A DNA stretch of 64,000 bases, from the IMG/VR virus record IMGVR_UViG_3300027801_001565. One strand, 5' to 3'. Positions 56,701-64,000 of the stretch are shown in pieces. The DNA is from a virus. The notes beneath the pieces were generated by a model that was not told the DNA's origin, ran no database searches, and worked only from the letters and a program-made list of their open reading frames with translations. The translations under genes were made by a program, and so were the position numbers. Each line of letters opens with the position of its first letter. Within the stretch, counting starts at the first letter, position 1.

Positions 56701-57058
56701 CAGCAACAGTTCCTGTTTCAACTGCTGTTATCGTAGCTCGCAAGCCTGTCGTTCCACCCTGGACATCCATACCAACATAACCTTTTAAAGCTGTGTCAGT
56801 AATTGCAGCTGAAGCTGCGTCGGTATCTTGTATTTTAATATATGATACTCTTTGTACTGTCTCAGCACAACCTGTTACAACTGCTCCCTCTTGTAACAAG
56901 AACCCAAATCCCTTAGAGAATTGATCCTGTAGAATAGTTTGTAGTTGTGTTAGTTCCCTTGCCTGTACAGCGACGCCGGGTTTAAAAAGAATCCTATGAA
57001 ACTTTTTATCTTGACTAAAATCGTCGTAGTATGGTGATGCGTTTAAATTGAGTGCCAT
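50789..57058 (-). CDS. Large baseplate/virion structural protein (VrlC/DUF4815-like)
   Basis: PYYDDF..F.RILFKPG.AVQARELTQLQ, APGADR, RFKNG.LVD.F, DPLAQTF, DLRAIAL. Confidence 0.9.
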   Translation of the reverse strand: MALNLNASPYYDDFSQDKKFHRILFKPGVAVQARELTQLQTILQDQFSKGFGFLLQEGAVVTGCAETVQRVSYIKIQDTDAASAAITDTALKGYVGMDVQGGTTGLRATITAVETGTVAGAPNMKTLYLVYNTSSITSTKTTFQASETLTLIPSDGTTTGYGYALYNGDTLVVNSATGYSGQTSRVILEPGVIYARGAFIKTNKISCLVDKYYGMKSKNVGFLIGEAVKQSSTDNSLLDPAQGSFNFNAPGADRLEYTVTLASYDDTATKPENFYTYVNWTGGEIQRINLKDNPLSGVGKILAGRTYDESGNYLVKGNTVSIREHLNNGTNGGLYTAANNGTNKALVIGIDPGISYVGGFKRELSSTKRIPIYKSLAFETEESRTLSTAYGNYISVNHTHGVFDVDGGTVVDLYNAVQDGAASAAGTKVGTAKARHICWTSGTAGATSAVYRIYLYDVKMSSGDFTAVRGLRSETANPGIANAVLVSSKAVLSETKVNKLVYKLPYKNIKTLEADAGSLDYTYTYMKEYDVTLDTSGGNVTITTSGSETFPYSGTLTDSQIVSNFIVVSKDGFVQNVATIAAGDYIDLTSTNTNASVTVNSSTSITIDLGGAITVGAGSADVRVYVNTQIANAQPIAKALQVDKYIKLDTGTHVNSTSGEYNLGVCDGYKISSITIGSNSDYVTGQVDVTDQFRFITGQQDNYFGQAKLFKHSTSTINLSTNRYIVVKMSFFTDTVSTATFSSVDSYPVDDTATPASGTIRTEDIPLYRSNKYGDIDLRDSIDFRPKTINTAATSATLAGATVNPDASETINRPGSGLTNPVPTGTFTTDLQYYIGKHIRVVLDFDGNFRIVEGANSNTPKLPPEPAQSMTLANIKLPPYPCVSPQLAKTVNRPDYGVVVKQAANKRFTMQDIGGLESRIKNLEYYASLNLLETYAKDQTIINASGTDRFKNGILVDPFTGHNVGAVLDPDYHIAVDGKAKHARPFFVTENIETLVHSGITNPTSNTVSTLVRTGSSLSLPYSQRMYIEQNKASQFENLAKELQFNYFGDITLNPNVDNYVDTAIRPAVNVNFDGNYDAWENMADAWGTQWGDWEDTGVANVTSTTQALDTFSTGGGDGSSSLFTTTTTQQTQVRQGIALDISASTETQNLGEKVVDTAIAPFMRSRLVVVQARRLKPNTRVYPFFDGESVTTNCTLSTGNQVLMTDAAGVVAVNFLIPQGVFRTGARVFKLTDSPTNNDKISVTSATAIYESSGLTQTKQDTIVAMKTANVNTSQFSDDRVTTDVSLGVSIGAGSPLPPAPAPVIINNPPIVTIIDNTVTETVFVEVPAPVTPVPAPVVTFTNVASFTEVVTFTQIITPVTFTAPPETFTAPPDPPLFFTPALFGWPIIDWPIFIPVPDPIPDPEPVIDDFQFDFGENFDWGFDFWGFNMGGDPLAQTFSVGGMAGGLFVTEIDLFFKGRPTSGTDGVTVELREVINGVPGPKVVPNGSRYLERTSINISSETDGVTTFTPTTFKFRDMVYLQNDTEYCFVPKPENDNLDYTLWISELGENQYGTSERITKQPHAGMMFSSANDRTWSPEQSKDMMFNLKVADFKTDTKVTGYVRNAKVDWITPEVGTYVPTSMVQLTPGDMVVGFTPAITNAGTGYSGLTPTVTVTNTGTNGTGLAMTATVTGDVITALTVTNPGSGYLSAPTITISAGSATQATGTVSLNQGVVQGWNSLHKYAEVSWRSGQFTTGMKIGSARGYTSIEKFTDKVVNDIALNASLLMPGAETQCIASIALTKTGAVSNAEQAPVYEPLTFNSTLNLLNEKTIYSYSNEVTTYASKASAMLKLIMSTPQRNISPMIPLDMLNMLLVANDVNNVSTGEDGRTGGSAKSKYISRRVILEDGMDAEDLNVYIDASIPSEGSIKVYGKLMNSADEGDFQEDLSWLELSSTTAPYERTDGFAEYLYTLPIKSSGTYGLNSGEFEYDLETVSAITVTAAGSGYSSVPTVSITGGNGFGATAKANLNGGTTVSSITITNPGRGYTSTPTITITGGGGSGATATGATATVTHSGFKTFAVKIVPLSSNTAQVPKFKDLRAIALQA

Positions 57059-57061
57059 GTG

Positions 57062-58648
57062 TTAAAACCTAATCAGTGCCTTTATTTGTTCCACTTGTTC
57101 CGCAGATCTTAAAATTGGTGATCTGTTGTCTAAGTATATTACTTCGCCGGTTGCATTATCTACTTCCGGTGCTGTTAATGTATTTATACTCAGATCAGCC
57201 AAGTTCTGTGTAGTATTTGTTAATACTGAATTGACTGTTATTACGGGGTTTGTGGAGGTTAAATATATGTTTGTTCCTACTATTTGAATGACTTGAAAAT
57301 TACCGCCATCATCACTAGTCAACAAATCATCTATTGCATAACTTGAAGCACTAGGTACTCCAATAATATGGCATGTTGTTGCTGTGTTTGTTATATATGT
57401 AACTCCTGCTGGAGTTTTCATATTCTTAATTAATGCTATTTGTCTGAAGTCATTACCTAAAACTAAATCGTTGTTTGTATTGTCATCAAAAGATACTGTA
57501 ATACCTATACTACTAGCAAATAATTCTCTTACTGGATTAGAACCATGTCCACCTTGAGGTGATACTATAGCTCTTGCAGCTCCAAGTTGTCCAGGTGAAT
57601 CTGGTGCTGTGTTTGTAATAGTTATCGTAGCGTATGAGTATCCCGAACCAGGATTAGTAACTCTAATACCTGTAAGTGCTCCTGTTGCTGCGTTAACATA
57701 TGATGAACACTCTGCGCCGGTGCCATCTCCTGACACGCTAATTTGAACATCGTTAGCTGCGTAATCTTTACCAGGTGCTGTAATTACAACTCTATCTAAT
57801 GTGCCTTTAACTGAAGCACCCTCGACTGCACTCTGTAGTGCTGGAAGTGCGTCTGCATCTCCTAAGTTAACTGTGCCTGTTCCGCCGGCACCACCGCCAC
57901 CTGTAAATGCTACAAAGGCAAAACTATAACCACTACCTGAAGAGTTTACTGTAACTCCTGTAATGGCGCCGCCTGTTAGCGTTGCTGTGCCTGAGAAAGT
58001 ACCATCACCATCTCCTGATACAACTACTGTTGGCGAGCTTGTATAACCCGAGCCGCCGGCTGTAATTGAGATGCTATCTATTTCCCCGTTAACATCATGG
58101 GTTGGACTGCCTGTTAATTTTCTAACAGGTATGTAGTCTGCGTCTAAAAACTTTGTTTGATCTGAAGCAGATATCTGAAACATAAATTTCCAGTTATAAT
58201 TATCTGCGAGTTCAAATACCGATGTACCAGTACTAGATGGTTTTACCGTTGAAGGACCATTACTGTTGTTACTAATACATTTATAAACTTTATATTCATC
58301 TGTCATAATGAAAAATTTTGCATCTGCTAAACTAGAGGCCCCGGTATATGATTGAGATGAAGAAGTATAATTATCATCATACTCATCATATACCGTGCCT
58401 GAAGTCCAGTCATATCGTTTTGCCAATAGGCAAACGTCTGCTGAGTCAATTCTTTGGGTGAACATCATACCACGACGATATGTTGATATATATTTATCTG
58501 AATCAATAGGAGTTTCAGGTGACGTTTCATCGTCCCAAGAATTTGTCCTACCTACTGCAAAATGGAAATAGTCATTGTTGTTTCTTATATCTCTATAAAA
58601 AGAACGTGCTAGTTCTACTCTACCTAATCGTCGTAATACAAGTGCCAT
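57062..58648 (-). CDS. gp8: Baseplate wedge subunit
   Basis: W.SGTVYDEYDD, VYKCISN, WKFMF, GGHGSNP.REL, NDFRQI, Y.DNR.PI.R. Confidence 0.9.
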   Translation of the reverse strand: MALVLRRLGRVELARSFYRDIRNNNDYFHFAVGRTNSWDDETSPETPIDSDKYISTYRRGMMFTQRIDSADVCLLAKRYDWTSGTVYDEYDDNYTSSSQSYTGASSLADAKFFIMTDEYKVYKCISNNSNGPSTVKPSSTGTSVFELADNYNWKFMFQISASDQTKFLDADYIPVRKLTGSPTHDVNGEIDSISITAGGSGYTSSPTVVVSGDGDGTFSGTATLTGGAITGVTVNSSGSGYSFAFVAFTGGGGAGGTGTVNLGDADALPALQSAVEGASVKGTLDRVVITAPGKDYAANDVQISVSGDGTGAECSSYVNAATGALTGIRVTNPGSGYSYATITITNTAPDSPGQLGAARAIVSPQGGHGSNPVRELFASSIGITVSFDDNTNNDLVLGNDFRQIALIKNMKTPAGVTYITNTATTCHIIGVPSASSYAIDDLLTSDDGGNFQVIQIVGTNIYLTSTNPVITVNSVLTNTTQNLADLSINTLTAPEVDNATGEVIYLDNRSPILRSAEQVEQIKALIRF

Positions 58649-58659
58649 TTATATCCCTA

Positions 58660-59103
58660 TTAAGATATTGTTACTGTCCAAGTAATTGTCATTGAATCCG
58701 TTACTGCTTTGTTAACAACGGAAAAAACGGTTCTACATAACAACACACCACTAGAAGAGGCATTCAAAATACCTGCTTCTGTAACTGCGCCAGTGCCTGT
58801 GCCTGCTGCAAAACTAGCAACATAAGCAACTGCGTTAGCTGTAACTGTTGTTGATGTTAATGCAACTCTTGCTGCTTCTGTTCCTAATGTAGTGTCGCCA
58901 GCTGCTGCTGCTACTGCACCAGTACCAATGCCCATATGGCTCATTGCTGTTGCTGTTGCGTCTTTCATTCTTCCCGCTATATATGCTAGTCCAGTATCAA
59001 CCACTAAGTTATTAACTTCTCTGTGATCGATTACTTTACCTGCTTCGTTTTTAATTTCAATAGTAAGCTTACCTGTAGCTTTACTTACGTCTTCTTTAAA
59101 CAT
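58660..59103 (-). CDS. Virion structural protein
   Basis: NLVVDTG, GTGAVTEAGI.NA, RTVFSVVNK. Confidence 0.75.
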   Translation of the reverse strand: MFKEDVSKATGKLTIEIKNEAGKVIDHREVNNLVVDTGLAYIAGRMKDATATAMSHMGIGTGAVAAAAGDTTLGTEAARVALTSTTVTANAVAYVASFAAGTGTGAVTEAGILNASSSGVLLCRTVFSVVNKAVTDSMTITWTVTIS

Positions 59104-59133
59104 GTTAATCTCCTAAATCTATTATGTTTTTAT

Positions 59134-61677
59134 TTATGTAAACGTCCAACTAGTTCCAACAAGGTCCCCCGCTATATACGATGGATCCAAGTAGTCTTGG
59201 CTTACACCAAGTCCTGCGTCTGAAGTTGTTCCACTATCTACCACTGAGGGTAGGGTTAGTGCTTTAACAAAATGCTCTGTTGTCGCCGGTGTTTCTGTTA
59301 TTCCTTTACTTGTATTTATACTACCAAGAGTATCAGTTGCTCCCAGTGCTTCATTTATATTCTTACCAAAAGATATAATTTCTGAAGTTGTCGCTGTAGC
59401 TGTGGTATCAAATGCACCACTGTCAAATAGGCCTGATAGTATGATTGTTTTGGTGTAAGTTAAAGCATCGCTTACACTTACTCCGTCTTCTATTATCGGC
59501 CAGTACCCGAAGGCCATGCTGTCCGATGTAGTTGCTATGCTAGATAATACCTTACTATATTGTAACGTAAAGTTGTTATCTGTTGTAGCTGCTGTTTCTG
59601 ATAGAGCTTTAGCCATGCTCCAGAAAAATGCTGGGTTACCTCTATTATAATCATCTTCAAAATTACTATCTGATGAATCGTTCCAATAGCCTGTTAAGAC
59701 ATATGGTGAGGAGTCTGTATCAGCGGCTACTGCCACTGAGGTGAACGCTCCAGGTGCAACGTGTTTTGCTATCGTTTCACTTGATGTTGCTGCGTCTGTA
59801 TATGATGATGTAAATATAAACCCAAGAACGTCTGATGTTGTTGCTTGGTCTGTAGACTTGAATACATAATACAATGTGCCTGCCGTCGTAACAGTAAATT
59901 CTACATTAAAATCAACATAACTTTTTACTATTAAATCACCAAACACCTGCATCCCAGCTGGGTGAACGGCATTTTTAAGTGGTCGTTCCCAGGTTGTTTT
60001 TTCAATTCCTGATTTAATAACATAAGAAAATGGTTGGTATCTTTTATTATCTTGTAATACATTTACATCTGATAATTTACCTTGATCGTTTTTCCACTTA
60101 CCCTCATACTCGAATAGATATCCTGTAGTAAGTGTTATGGTTGCTACTTCACCTGCAGGAGATGTTATATTAATATCTACTGATGCTTTGGTGAATGTTG
60201 AACCTGGGTTAATAACTGCAAAAGTACTCGGTAGTCCTGCTGTAGTTATTGATGTTACTCGTATATAGGCATCATTAGATCCGCCTATGAAGGTGTAATC
60301 ATCATCAAAATATCCATTAACAGCATATGATTTACCGTCATCGCCTGCTTCGTTAATTGCAAATATTTGTCCTATCTTAAATCCTGCGTTAATTTCTGAG
60401 CCTGAATAACTTTTATATGCTACACCTGTAAGTACTCTAACAACATAACCATATATGTCTGATTCGTTATTTGCCGCTCCGTCATCTACAACATATGTTT
60501 TTACGTCATCAATATCAAATTCAATGTTTGGGGCTGCTGAGTAACCAGTTCCTGCATTATCTATTACAATGCTTGTAAGTTTGCCACCTGAAACTAGAGC
60601 GTGTGCTGTAGCTCCTGTGCCTGCGTCGCCGGCTGCTGGAAAAATTTCTATTACCGGGGCACTATTATATCCACCGCCTTGATTGGTTACGGTTATAGCT
60701 GTTAAACTACCACTCGAAACTGTTGATGTTGCAACTGCTCCTGCACCTGGGCCCTCGACTTCTAGTGTACTAGGATCATCGAACGCACATATTAACTCGT
60801 AACGTTGTAACGTTAGGCCGTTTGTTTGGTATGTATTCTTTTCAACTCTGGTTACACTAGCGTTTAGAGTTTTAGTTACTGTAACAGTACCTGTGGTTTC
60901 CTTAAATCTAATGTCAATCTTTTTACCTTCCAAGTCCAAAGGTTCTAAACTGCCACCGCCGTGTTCTGATTCTTGTATCTTAATTGCTCGTTCAACACTA
61001 TAGATACCGTCTGATGGTTTTAATGTATACTGATATGGATATATAATATCCACGTTCTCATCATACATAACTCTAAAGAATGTTTCTATTGATCGTTTAC
61101 TACCTTTAGACTCATAAAAATCTTTGGCTCTTTTATAAAATAAAGATCTATCTACTTTTAAAAGCTTAGGAAAGTCTGATGTTAGTGCTCCCCTCCATTT
61201 ATCTAAAAACTCTTCTGAAGCTAAATCTATGTCTTGTGTATGATTGTGTATTTTACTTGATGGACTGGTTACTTCGTCCATAAACTGATAATATTTTTCT
61301 ATGAACGTAGCAAATAACGGGTACTCATTTTGTACAATTTCAGGTAGTTGGTCTTTCTTAAGATAAAATGTATTGTTATCTTCTACTGCCACCGAGTCGT
61401 TTGCTGCGTCTAATATAGCCGATGCTGTTGCACCTGTTGCTGTAGTGTCTAAAGCATTAGGAGTTATTACAATAGTCGGAGTGGAAGTAAATCCAGTACC
61501 TTTATTTGTTATAACATAACTTGTTACCGCACCACTAAATGTAGTAGCCGTTGCTGTAGCACCTGTACCACCGCCGCCAGTTATTGAAATTGTTGGGGTG
61601 TTATTATATCCAGTTCCACCTGCGGTAACTGTTATAGACTTAACGAATCTATAAAATGAAGGGATATAATCTGCCAT
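59134..61677 (-). CDS. Baseplate wedge initiator (gp7-like)
   Basis: FIEKYYQF, FYESKGS..S...FFRV, LQDN..YQPFSYVIKS, VHPAG..VFG. Confidence 0.8.
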   Translation of the reverse strand: MADYIPSFYRFVKSITVTAGGTGYNNTPTISITGGGGTGATATATTFSGAVTSYVITNKGTGFTSTPTIVITPNALDTTATGATASAILDAANDSVAVEDNNTFYLKKDQLPEIVQNEYPLFATFIEKYYQFMDEVTSPSSKIHNHTQDIDLASEEFLDKWRGALTSDFPKLLKVDRSLFYKRAKDFYESKGSKRSIETFFRVMYDENVDIIYPYQYTLKPSDGIYSVERAIKIQESEHGGGSLEPLDLEGKKIDIRFKETTGTVTVTKTLNASVTRVEKNTYQTNGLTLQRYELICAFDDPSTLEVEGPGAGAVATSTVSSGSLTAITVTNQGGGYNSAPVIEIFPAAGDAGTGATAHALVSGGKLTSIVIDNAGTGYSAAPNIEFDIDDVKTYVVDDGAANNESDIYGYVVRVLTGVAYKSYSGSEINAGFKIGQIFAINEAGDDGKSYAVNGYFDDDYTFIGGSNDAYIRVTSITTAGLPSTFAVINPGSTFTKASVDINITSPAGEVATITLTTGYLFEYEGKWKNDQGKLSDVNVLQDNKRYQPFSYVIKSGIEKTTWERPLKNAVHPAGMQVFGDLIVKSYVDFNVEFTVTTAGTLYYVFKSTDQATTSDVLGFIFTSSYTDAATSSETIAKHVAPGAFTSVAVAADTDSSPYVLTGYWNDSSDSNFEDDYNRGNPAFFWSMAKALSETAATTDNNFTLQYSKVLSSIATTSDSMAFGYWPIIEDGVSVSDALTYTKTIILSGLFDSGAFDTTATATTSEIISFGKNINEALGATDTLGSINTSKGITETPATTEHFVKALTLPSVVDSGTTSDAGLGVSQDYLDPSYIAGDLVGTSWTFT

Positions 61678-63581
61678 TAGATTTCTTCAACATCCTGAGT
61701 TGCTGTTATTGCCACACCTATGTCTGTATTAATAAGTGATGAAGTCTTACTATCATCTAATATAAGAACTGTATTTCTAGATGGTTTTGCTACAACTGCT
61801 GCTGTAGATGTATCCGATGTTCTTATTAGAGCTTGTGTTGTTATATCCTTAATTGAATCATGAGGAGTAACGGTTATTCTTAAATGTGTTTCTGTTCCGT
61901 AAAGACTTGCCATTGTCATAGACGGTAAGGTTACTGTACCTGAATCGTAATCAATTGTTCCTATAGCTGATACAATATTACCCTCTGTATTAATTGCGTT
62001 TACTATACCTGTACCGGAATAAGTTGGAGCAATAACTGTTGCTGCTGGTGTATCAGATAAGTATACTTTGTGTATAACGTTGTTAACTGTTATATTAAAG
62101 TAGCTACTCTTAAGTTCCCTTGGTTGTAATTTCTGATTAAACTTTGCTTCGTATAAGTAAGGGCTATTTAATTTCGGCTTGATTCTTTTTTGTAATCCTA
62201 ATTGTATATTAATTGAAATTATAGAATCTGATACAGCTTTTATTCCATCGTGGAGTTTAGTGTAATAGAAACTCTTATTTAATTTGTTTAGACTTGTATT
62301 AAAATAATTGTTTACTGATGTTTTAGCAGCTACTTCCATTTCACCTTTTGTGAGTACGGTAATTTTAGGATCGTATGTAACGCCAATTCCAAGTTTAATA
62401 TATGTGTACTCAGGATCAACGAACGTTGGCATAATTGCTATCGGTGTTTTAGGATCGATAATGGTAGATTTTATATTCTCTTTATCTTGCTCTGTAATAA
62501 TTTGTCCTGCCACAGGATTTAACGAGATGAAAACTCTACCATACATTGGGGGATCGTTCTTTTCGCCACCCCATACTGCACATGATTGTATGTTTGAGTT
62601 ACTTGATAAGATTAGTGTTTTATAATCTTGCTCTGTTACTGCCCTGTCTCTTGTAGCATTAAACCTTGGCGCGTTGTGTCTGATCTCATCAATTTTTTCT
62701 GATGTGTTACCACCCGATGAGTTACTAACTGTTGTTATGGATACGGTTTCACCGGCAACTGCTATTCTACTATTTGCTGAAAACGTCTTAGCGTTATTAG
62801 CCCCTGGGCCGGATGCTACAATATAATCTATAAGTATTAAATTTCCTGCGTCTAGTTTTTTACCTATAACACCGTCGCCGAATCTTAATTGAGATAGTGC
62901 GTCTATTCCTTCCTCTACCCAATATATTTTAGAATCATTTTTAACATCTAATATCTTGTCAGATTTTAACCATGTGGAAACTGTAAGATCTGATAATGAC
63001 TCTTGTACCATTGCTCGTATAGTAGTCGTGTCTACTTTTGAGTTAGGAATAACATATGGTCCTTGAGGTTTTGCTGATGATACTGAAAACTTATTAGATA
63101 CCCTCGTCCCTTCTCGTATAAGTAGGTTATTCCAAACGAATTGTGTGTTACTACCTGACACCGATGCGTTAACTGTAACGTCTTCAACTGGTTGGAACGA
63201 ATAAGATTTACCATCTACTGATGCTCCAAAAGATGCGTTTCTAGATAGTGTAACTGATGTGCCATTGAATGATGCAGGAACTGTAACAACTAAATTAATT
63301 GTTGCTGTTGATCCTAAATAAGATCTAGGTGTGTATCCTAATGACTTAGCAATTGATACAACAGACTCTCTTTTAATAGCCGTGTCAATAAAACTTTCGT
63401 TTGTTAACATGTGCGCCAACATACCATTGTAATGGGTGTTGTACGCTAACAAATCTATAAGCACTGACATGCCAGACCCTTCAAAATTATAATCTTGAAA
63501 CTCTGTTTGAGCGCTTAGAAATGTTTTTAAATTTGTTTTTATTTGATCAAAATCTAATTCTGATACGTTTAATTGTGCCAT
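61677..63581 (-). CDS. gp6: Baseplate wedge subunit
   Basis: LDFDQIK.NLK, DYNFEGSG, LAYNTHY, RAVT.QDY, WGGE.NDPP.YG.VFIS. Confidence 0.95.
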   Translation of the reverse strand: MAQLNVSELDFDQIKTNLKTFLSAQTEFQDYNFEGSGMSVLIDLLAYNTHYNGMLAHMLTNESFIDTAIKRESVVSIAKSLGYTPRSYLGSTATINLVVTVPASFNGTSVTLSRNASFGASVDGKSYSFQPVEDVTVNASVSGSNTQFVWNNLLIREGTRVSNKFSVSSAKPQGPYVIPNSKVDTTTIRAMVQESLSDLTVSTWLKSDKILDVKNDSKIYWVEEGIDALSQLRFGDGVIGKKLDAGNLILIDYIVASGPGANNAKTFSANSRIAVAGETVSITTVSNSSGGNTSEKIDEIRHNAPRFNATRDRAVTEQDYKTLILSSNSNIQSCAVWGGEKNDPPMYGRVFISLNPVAGQIITEQDKENIKSTIIDPKTPIAIMPTFVDPEYTYIKLGIGVTYDPKITVLTKGEMEVAAKTSVNNYFNTSLNKLNKSFYYTKLHDGIKAVSDSIISINIQLGLQKRIKPKLNSPYLYEAKFNQKLQPRELKSSYFNITVNNVIHKVYLSDTPAATVIAPTYSGTGIVNAINTEGNIVSAIGTIDYDSGTVTLPSMTMASLYGTETHLRITVTPHDSIKDITTQALIRTSDTSTAAVVAKPSRNTVLILDDSKTSSLINTDIGVAITATQDVEEI

Positions 63582-63588
63582 AGTTCCT

Positions 63589-63993
63589 TTACCTTAACCT
63601 AGATAATGTTAGTGTTAGTATTGCTGGTTCAGGTACACCGACAATTTTAAAATAGATACTTACTTCATAAACCTGTAAATCATAATTTGATGTAACAACT
63701 ACGTCTTCAAGTTCTACTCTAGGTTCAAAGTTTTCTATTGTGTTATATATTCTTTTCTTAATAAGACCCGGTGTAAAAGCATCCATTGGTTCAAACAATG
63801 ACTTATGAATATCAGAGCCTATCTCTGGGTGAAACGGCCTTTCATAAGGCATAGTAGACAACAATATTTTTATTGATTGCTTTACTGAATTGACGTCTAT
63901 CTTTTTATCTATATCATCCGAGAAGAAGTTCTTGCCAAATGCAAGGTCTAAATCTGTGTATAGTCTCGATACTTTTCTTTTAACTAGTGCCAT
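63589..63993 (-). CDS. gp25: Baseplate wedge subunit
   Basis: YTDLDL.F, ERPFHPEIGS, IENFEPRV. Confidence 0.93.
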   Translation of the reverse strand: MALVKRKVSRLYTDLDLAFGKNFFSDDIDKKIDVNSVKQSIKILLSTMPYERPFHPEIGSDIHKSLFEPMDAFTPGLIKKRIYNTIENFEPRVELEDVVVTSNYDLQVYEVSIYFKIVGVPEPAILTLTLSRLR

Positions 63994-64000
63994 ATTAGTA

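Noticed and set aside
1-64000. tRNA genes, introns/inteins, homing endonucleases, stop-codon reassignment
   Set aside because: Intergenic gaps are short and AT-rich with no cloverleaf seen; core genes have normal lengths; TAA, TAG and TGA all terminate conserved genes. A tRNAscan/Infernal run would be needed to be definitive

Overview
This 64 kb window is part of a T4-like (Kyanoviridae/Straboviridae-type) marine myophage genome with almost all genes on the minus strand. It contains the replication/recombination genes gp46, gp47, gp55, uvsW and uvsY, the head/neck/tail block gp3, gp23-gp13, a set of fibre proteins, and the baseplate genes (VrlC/DUF4815-like protein, gp8, gp7, gp6, gp25). Accessory content is rich. 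(1) A 7-deazaguanine DNA-modification cluster (queE, PRTase, folE, exonuclease, dpdA, DenV-like glycosylase, a DpdL-like T-fold protein, a GT-B-like protein, queD; no queC in the window) sits between gp55 and gp47, where T4 keeps its DNA alpha-glucosyltransferase. This suggests a possibly undescribed glycosylated deazaguanine. (2) Two late-promoter enzyme cassettes (several GT-A glycosyltransferases, an apparently dead GT/radical-SAM fusion, a methyltransferase-like protein, a 2OG-Fe(II)-like oxygenase) flank fibre genes and a Tyr-x-Gly repeat virion protein, suggesting virion protein modification. (3) Three early promoter modules each carry a near-leaderless 'MKK...' mini-cistron coupled to the next gene; two have an IHF-consensus site upstream. 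(4) Host-like genes include a TonB-dependent receptor, IscU/IscA, peptide deformylase, a ClpP-like protease, a SET-domain protein and a glutaredoxin. No tRNA, CRISPR array, integrase or reverse transcriptase was seen. All protein assignments come from motif recognition and synteny, not database searches.
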